Positions 58,547-64,000 of a stretch of 64,000 bases of DNA are shown here, piece by piece. Under the pieces are notes generated by a model that worked only from the letters and a program-made list of their open reading frames with translations, did not search any database and was not told where the DNA came from. This stretch comes from an uncultured Candidatus Saccharibacteria bacterium. GTDB lineage: Bacteria; Patescibacteriota; Minisyncoccia; Spechtbacterales; 2-12-FULL-38-22. Location: positions 341-64,340 of the forward strand of contig CAYMUG010000002.1 in the NCBI GenBank assembly GCA_964393575.1, in the 5' to 3' direction. A program made the position numbers and the translations under genes. How positions within the stretch are numbered: position 1 is the first letter of the stretch; each line of letters opens with the position of its first letter.

Positions 58547-59104
58547 TTATTCCTGCTCTTGTTTGAGATTAAATTTATCAATCATATTATAAACAGCGCC
58601 TTCAGGAGTTAAGTCGGAAGACCACAACTCAAATGACTGAATTTTAAAGTTATATCCTTCGGGGGTTTTGCTTTTAAACTTAAACCGGGACGCAATTCCG
58701 GGATCCTTAAATCTGGCTATGGTTGCATGCGGAATTATACTTTTGTGTGTATTCAAATTTTGCGGAATAAACTGACTCAGGCGATCGCCGGAAAGGTTTA
58801 CCAAATTTTTAAACTCCTCGGGCGCAGAAAATACAGTCCAAATCATACTCGGTGGACGATTCGGAGGAGCATATATTATCTCTCGCAGTTCAAGAGTAAA
58901 TTCATTAATACCGGAAGCTACATCCGCGAGGGTATTTTTTATTCCATCTATTTTTTCATATTCTACATCTCCTAAAAACTGTAACGTTATATGCAGGTTT
59001 TTGTCGGAAGTCCATCGTATATTGTAATTTTCTCCCTCCTTTTTGAATTCCGATATATAGTTTTTTATCTCTTCCGGTATTGGTATGGCTGTAAATAATC
59101 TCAT
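58547..59104 (-). CDS. thpR: RNA 2',3'-cyclic phosphodiesterase
   Basis: MRLFTAI, HITL.FLG, PHATIAR. Confidence 0.9.
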   Translation of the reverse strand: MRLFTAIPIPEEIKNYISEFKKEGENYNIRWTSDKNLHITLQFLGDVEYEKIDGIKNTLADVASGINEFTLELREIIYAPPNRPPSMIWTVFSAPEEFKNLVNLSGDRLSQFIPQNLNTHKSIIPHATIARFKDPGIASRFKFKSKTPEGYNFKIQSFELWSSDLTPEGAVYNMIDKFNLKQEQE

Positions 59105-59156
59105 GCCATAGTTCTCGGCGAGGCGTTGAGTGTAACGAAACGCCGAGACTTTAGAA

Positions 59157-59354
59157 TTATGAGCACCCTGAGGAGCGCAGCGACGAAGGATTGCATTCTC
59201 CTTCTATAGGCAAAGCGCGGTCTTCATATGCATCTTCTTTGTCTTCGGGGCGAACAAAATCGGCACGATCCGTATTTTCAAACGCATCAATTATACGTTG
59301 GTTTTTTAAATGCCCCGCATCAACTAACGACTGCACCATCTCCTTATTGCTCAT
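59157..59354 (-). pseudogene. pcm: Truncated protein-L-isoaspartate O-methyltransferase
   Basis: N-terminal IIDAF...RADFV...AYEDRALPI only; SAM-binding part is absent and the ORF runs into palindromic sequence. Confidence 0.75.
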
Positions 59355-59899
59355 TTTTTCTTATATAACCTCTCCGGCTCAGCTGCCCTGAAACGAAGAG
59401 GTTTATCCGCCCACTCACCTGCATAGTCTATTCCTACTCTGGCCAAACGTTCAATATTATTTTTTTCCGCTTCCGCGCTTCCCTCTTCAAACCATACCCC
59501 TATTTCTTTGCTTGCGGGTTTTCCGTTAATACTTTTATCTATATTAAAGTGTTTTGTGAGTTTCCCGGGGCCGTTATATTCCTCTATACCTCTTATTAAA
59601 ACCGCAGATGGATACTCTATTTTATCCGTAACTACATTAAGCATCCAATGCACTCCGTAAATCAGATATACATAAAAATTACCCGGATTTCCGAACATAA
59701 CTTCTGTACGTTCGGTTCTTCCGCGCGAGGCATGAGAAGCCTTGTCCTCCGGGCCGACATATGCTTCGGTTTCGGTAATAATTCCGCGTAATTCTTCCGG
59801 GTCTTGTTTTTTTACTAAATATTTTCCTATTAAATCGTGGGCCACCGCTTCAGCGGGTCGTGCGAAAAACGAAGATTTTAAAATGTTCTCGGTATTCAT
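59351..59899 (-). CDS. 3-methyladenine DNA glycosylase (Mpg/AAG type)
   Basis: ITETEAY, YVYLIYG, AVLIR, GPGKL, RVGI. Confidence 0.92.
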   Translation of the reverse strand: MNTENILKSSFFARPAEAVAHDLIGKYLVKKQDPEELRGIITETEAYVGPEDKASHASRGRTERTEVMFGNPGNFYVYLIYGVHWMLNVVTDKIEYPSAVLIRGIEEYNGPGKLTKHFNIDKSINGKPASKEIGVWFEEGSAEAEKNNIERLARVGIDYAGEWADKPLRFRAAEPERLYKKK

Positions 59900-60181
59900 T
59901 TAGTATTCTATACTAAACTCTTCAAACTCTTTAACCTTTCCTTCATCAAAAGAAATATTTTCCACCTTTGCAAGACGGGACCCTTCTTTTGCCCATTCAA
60001 GAAGACGATTTAACTCCTCTTCTTTTCCCTCAGCTTCAATATATACAGAACCGTCTTCTTGATTGCTCACATAACCCGTTATCCCCAAACGTTCAGCCTG
60101 TTTTTGGGTTTCGGCACGGAAAAACACGCCTTGCACCTTTCCATAAACACTTATGTTGTAATGTTTTTTATTTTCTTGCAT
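59900..60181 (-). CDS. acyP: Acylphosphatase
   Basis: GKVQGVFFR, GYVSN..DGSV. Confidence 0.93.
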   Translation of the reverse strand: MQENKKHYNISVYGKVQGVFFRAETQKQAERLGITGYVSNQEDGSVYIEAEGKEEELNRLLEWAKEGSRLAKVENISFDEGKVKEFEEFSIEY

Positions 60182-60218
60182 AAGTTGACATCTCCGTTTT
60201 TTTAGATTATCCGCTTAT

Positions 60219-60719
60219 TTACTTTGGATGAGATAAATTAAATACCGCCACACCAAAAGCAACGCTGACGTTTAATGACTTTTTTTCGCCCTTCATCGGT
60301 ATTTCCAGCACCTTGTCCGCTCTCTTTAAAATTCCCGGGGTCAACCCTTTAACTTCATGACCCACAACAAGAGCGATTTTTTTAAGTTCTTCGCGGGTAG
60401 GTTTGACTTTAAAATACGGAACAGAGTTTTTACTTGTCTCTAACGCATAAATACGGAAACCCTCTTTTTTGAGATTATCAAGGAGTATATGGGTTTTTGC
60501 TCCACGGGGAGAGCTTGTTGAGCTGCCCCGCTCCCATTCTACGTAATTTTCAGCCCCCAGAGAAACTTTGGTAAACCTGATGCGGGGTTTGCCTAGTTCA
60601 TCGTAAGGGGCGGGTGTGTGTCCGCACAAGTATATTTTTTCTACGCCGGCTCCGTCAGCAGTGCGAAAAATTGAACCCGTGTTATGCATACTTCTTAAAT
60701 TGTGTAATACCACAATCAT
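60219..60719 (-). CDS. TrmH/SpoU family RNA methyltransferase
   Basis: NTGSIFRTAD, VGHEVKG, IPM.G.K.SLNVSVA. Confidence 0.92.
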   Translation of the reverse strand: MIVVLHNLRSMHNTGSIFRTADGAGVEKIYLCGHTPAPYDELGKPRIRFTKVSLGAENYVEWERGSSTSSPRGAKTHILLDNLKKEGFRIYALETSKNSVPYFKVKPTREELKKIALVVGHEVKGLTPGILKRADKVLEIPMKGEKKSLNVSVAFGVAVFNLSHPK

Positions 60720-60926
60720 ACTTACAAATGACAAATGACTTATGACAAGCTACCATAAACTGTAATGCGTAATATGTAACAAGACCGAAGCGCCGAAGGC
60801 GCTTCCCGTACGGATTACTAGTTACAGATTACAGATTACGATTTTGTTTGATTATTCTCTTATTTTATATACTAACATATAAAACGAAAGCGGCCCGAAG
60901 AAGATCGGACCGCGTAAGTACTTGGA

Positions 60927-61721
60927 CTAATTAAGCTTTTCATTGAACTCATAAAGCTTTTTGTTGAACACTGTATTTTTAAAACGTTCACCTTCGCCTT
61001 GAGTTTCAAAAACAGATACGCCGCAATTTACCGGTTTTTGTGATTTATTGCTAACATACTCCAAAAACGTAGTTTCATCCCACCATTCCAAAACCGCTCG
61101 TACGGCAAGTATTACAGTAAAATGTGAGATAACTAAAATGTTTTTACCGGCAAATTCTCGATTTATACGTTCAAGGAACATTTGCACCCTGTCAAGCAAT
61201 TCGGGAACGTTTTCTCCGCGGGGAAATTTATAATAATACATTCCATCCCTCTCCCGTCTTAGCCGCTCTTCAGGATTAAGGGCAAAAAACACCCTGAATG
61301 CACCGAATGTGCCGTACTCATGAGCGTCGCCCGTACTCTGTTCACGCATAGCTTGAGCGGGTAGATAGGGTGCAGATTCTGACCCTAAAAGAGGCCAGAA
61401 TGTTTGCATAACCGCAAAAGTTTGGCAAGCCCGCACATAAGGAGATACAAATACTACCTCCGGAGGTTCAATTATTTCTTGTAACACCACACCTGTTTTT
61501 TGCGCCTGTCGCTTTCCTTCAGGGGTAAGGTGTATTTTTTGATCTGCAACGTTTGTTCCGTACACTTTCTTTAGTTCTGCAGCCTTTTTTCTTGTGGATT
61601 TAGAATCCGGATCGGCCTCATATTCTCTTACAAATTTCTGATATAAGTCGGAATTAGTAGCTATTCTATCTGTGAAGTTAAGGTACGATTCAGCATGCCG
61701 AATTAACGTTAGTTGCGACAT
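60927..61721 (-). CDS. Histidine phosphatase (phosphoglycerate mutase family)
   Basis: IRHAES, SPYVRACQT, GEN, ISH; SD AAGGAGG. Confidence 0.85.
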   Translation of the reverse strand: MSQLTLIRHAESYLNFTDRIATNSDLYQKFVREYEADPDSKSTRKKAAELKKVYGTNVADQKIHLTPEGKRQAQKTGVVLQEIIEPPEVVFVSPYVRACQTFAVMQTFWPLLGSESAPYLPAQAMREQSTGDAHEYGTFGAFRVFFALNPEERLRRERDGMYYYKFPRGENVPELLDRVQMFLERINREFAGKNILVISHFTVILAVRAVLEWWDETTFLEYVSNKSQKPVNCGVSVFETQGEGERFKNTVFNKKLYEFNEKLN

Positions 61722-61835
61722 TATACCTCCTTCGGTCGGCAGGTTAATTGTATAATTTATAACACAAAGCGAACAAAAATTCCAGATTTGCCGTACTATT
61801 TTAATTTAGCGAAAAATATAGTAAAAAGAAAGAAT

Positions 61836-63809
61836 ATGTCTGAACAAAAAAAATCCGAAAAATCAAATAAACACCCTCCTCATATAGTTGAAGGAATACT
61901 TACAGTTGCCCAAAACGGCGTGGGGTATGTGGACACAGGAGAAGAGGAAAAGGAAGATATTCAAATTCAACCACACCTATTAAACACAGCTTTAAACCAA
62001 GATGAGGTGCGTGTTGCTATACTGCCAAAAAGTGAGGATGATACCAGAACTCAGGGAGAGGTTATAAAAGTGTTAAAACGCGCAAAAGATGAATTTATAG
62101 GCACTATAGATAAGAAAAATCCTGAAAAAAATTTTGCCTTTGTTGTACCCGATAACCCTCGTATGCAAACGGATATTTTTATTCCTGACGCGCGCTCCGA
62201 AGAGATAAAGCACAACCACAAAGCACTGGTAAAAATTACCGACTGGGGGTCCCCTAAAAAAAATCTTTCCGGAGAAATAGTAAAAGTTCTCGGCAAAAAA
62301 GGACGGCATGAGGTAGAAATGCAGGCCATTCTTTTGGGAAGCGGCTATCCTGCTGACTTTTCCGAAGAAGCTACCAAAGAGGCGAAAATAATACAAAAAG
62401 AGGCCAAACCTATTTCTCAAAAAGAAAAGGATCTGCGTACAAACCTTACTGATTTAACTATTTTTAGTATAGACCCGGAAGACGCCAAAGACCTTGATGA
62501 TGCCCTTTCGGTTAAAAAAATAGAGGATAATCTGTTTGAAGTTGGAATACATATAGCTGATGTAACTCATTATGTAAAAGAAGGCACTGCTATTGATGTA
62601 AACGCCAAGGATAAAGGCAACTCTGTATACTTAGTGGACAGGACAGTGCATATGCTGCCCGAAGAACTTTCTGCGGATGTATGCAGCTTAAATCCGGGTG
62701 AAGAAAAATTGGCTTTTTCCGCAATATTTAAAGTTGACAAACAAGGCCACATTAAAAACAGATGGTTCGGCAAATCCGTTATAAATTCTAAGGCAAGATT
62801 TTCTTATGAAGAAGCGCAAAAAGCCATAGATACAGGCAAAGGAAAATACGCCGAAGAATTGCGGATCTTAAATGAAATAAGCAAAAATCTGCAAAAACAA
62901 AAAGAAGAACGCGGGGCACTAACCTTTGAACAGCCGGAAATAAAATTTGAATTTGATTCTAAGGGCAAGCCAATCCGTGTTTTGGAGAAAAAACTTCTCC
63001 CGGCACACAAATTAATTGAAGAATTTATGGTTATGGCTAACCGCGAAGTAGCTAAATATATTTATCAACAAGCTAAGAATAAAAGGAGTTTGGGTTTATA
63101 TCGTATTCACGAACCTCCGGAGAAAAAGAATGTAATTGAGCTTATCGGTTTTCTGAACGCTTTAGGCTACGATTTTCAACCCCCAAAAAGCGAAAATATA
63201 TCTTCAAAAAAACTAAATGAATTGTTTAAAGCGGTAGAGGGAAAAAGTGAAGAGTACCTGGTGGAAACTATGGCTATGCGGGATATGGAAAAGGCGGTGT
63301 ACTCCCTTGAGGCAAAAGGACATTACGGCCTGGCGTTGGAGCATTATACGCATTTTACTTCCCCAATACGCAGATACGCGGATATGATGGTACATAGGAT
63401 TTTACATGGTTACCTGGAAGAAAAACCCGTAAGCGCCAAGAAAGCTAAAGATTATAAAAAAATTACGGAAAACCTAAATCGAAAAGAAGCCAATGCACAA
63501 GAGGCAGAACGGGACTCTATAAAGTACAAACAAGTGGAATATATGCTTCAACATAAAGGGGAAACATTTAAAGGAGTTGTAGCCGGAGTATTTAAGTGGG
63601 GTATATTTGTACAGGAAAATACCACCAAAGCCAGCGGCCTCGTTAAAATTTACGACATGGAGGATGATTACTATGTTCTGGACAAAGAAAATTATGCGCT
63701 TCGGGGCACACACACCAATAAAAAATACACTATAGGAGATGAGATTAAAATAAAAGTTGTAGGCGGAGATACGGAGCAGAAAATATTAGATTACAAAATT
63801 GTTTCATAA
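61836..63809 (+). CDS. rnr: Ribonuclease R
   Basis: IDPEDAKDLDDA, HIADV, IEEFM, YTHFTSPIRRYAD, C-terminal S1; start MSEQKK. Confidence 0.95.
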   Translation: MSEQKKSEKSNKHPPHIVEGILTVAQNGVGYVDTGEEEKEDIQIQPHLLNTALNQDEVRVAILPKSEDDTRTQGEVIKVLKRAKDEFIGTIDKKNPEKNFAFVVPDNPRMQTDIFIPDARSEEIKHNHKALVKITDWGSPKKNLSGEIVKVLGKKGRHEVEMQAILLGSGYPADFSEEATKEAKIIQKEAKPISQKEKDLRTNLTDLTIFSIDPEDAKDLDDALSVKKIEDNLFEVGIHIADVTHYVKEGTAIDVNAKDKGNSVYLVDRTVHMLPEELSADVCSLNPGEEKLAFSAIFKVDKQGHIKNRWFGKSVINSKARFSYEEAQKAIDTGKGKYAEELRILNEISKNLQKQKEERGALTFEQPEIKFEFDSKGKPIRVLEKKLLPAHKLIEEFMVMANREVAKYIYQQAKNKRSLGLYRIHEPPEKKNVIELIGFLNALGYDFQPPKSENISSKKLNELFKAVEGKSEEYLVETMAMRDMEKAVYSLEAKGHYGLALEHYTHFTSPIRRYADMMVHRILHGYLEEKPVSAKKAKDYKKITENLNRKEANAQEAERDSIKYKQVEYMLQHKGETFKGVVAGVFKWGIFVQENTTKASGLVKIYDMEDDYYVLDKENYALRGTHTNKKYTIGDEIKIKVVGGDTEQKILDYKIVS

Positions 63810-64000
63810 TCCGCCTAAAACCCAACCCGCATTCGGTTTTTTGATGACCTGTATTACTTTACCGTTAATTATAAAATTATCGTCCGGGTGTAGGTATATA
63901 GGCGCATAGTTTTGCGTGCTTTCCGAAACAAGAATAACGCGGCGCTCTTCTTTTATAACTCTCTTAATTGCAGCTACTTCATCCACCGCAGCTACCACAT
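63804..64000 (-). CDS. C-terminal part of a LexA/S24-family protein (runs off the window)
   Basis: VAAVD...IKR, L.SES..YAPI, I.GKV. Confidence 0.7.
   Translation of the reverse strand, partial: VVAAVDEVAAIKRVIKEERRVILVSESTQNYAPIYLHPDDNFIINGKVIQVIKKPNAGWVLGGL

Noticed and set aside
1-64000. tRNA/rRNA genes or a recoded genetic code (UGA=Gly)
   Set aside because: No cloverleaf or rRNA signatures were seen; conserved genes are intact under code 11 and several end in TGA.

Overview
AT-rich bacterial chromosome segment (genetic code 11). Gene content and style point to a CPR/Patescibacteria (Parcubacteria-like) genome, which is an inference. It carries housekeeping genes (fmt, def, priA, rplI, pyrG, rpmA, gltX, murG, ftsW, mraY, aspS, murF, greA, uppP, rnr), a glycosyltransferase/O-antigen-ligase/LCP block and several accessory modules with strong Shine-Dalgarno sites. 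Gene orientation converges at about 24.6-27 kb, where a Xer-type recombinase sits next to a dif-like site, so this may be the replication terminus. Main highlights: (1) a minimal graspetide (ATP-grasp RiPP) locus missed by the ORF track, made of a 51-aa precursor at 42451-42606 and an MvdC/MvdD-like ligase that appears to start at ATT; (2) a dispersed family of hairpin elements running from a stop codon or -10 box to the next start codon; (3) a probable DGR target gene at the left edge; (4) an acyltransferase / acyl-reductase-like / 7TM kinase operon; (5) an egghead-like mannosyltransferase plus GH113 pair; (6) a sortase with its substrate; (7) an actinobacterial-type transglycosylase operon; (8) Ni-SOD with an atypical nickel hook. 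No rRNA, tRNA or CRISPR array was seen. All calls come from reading motifs by eye, without database searches.
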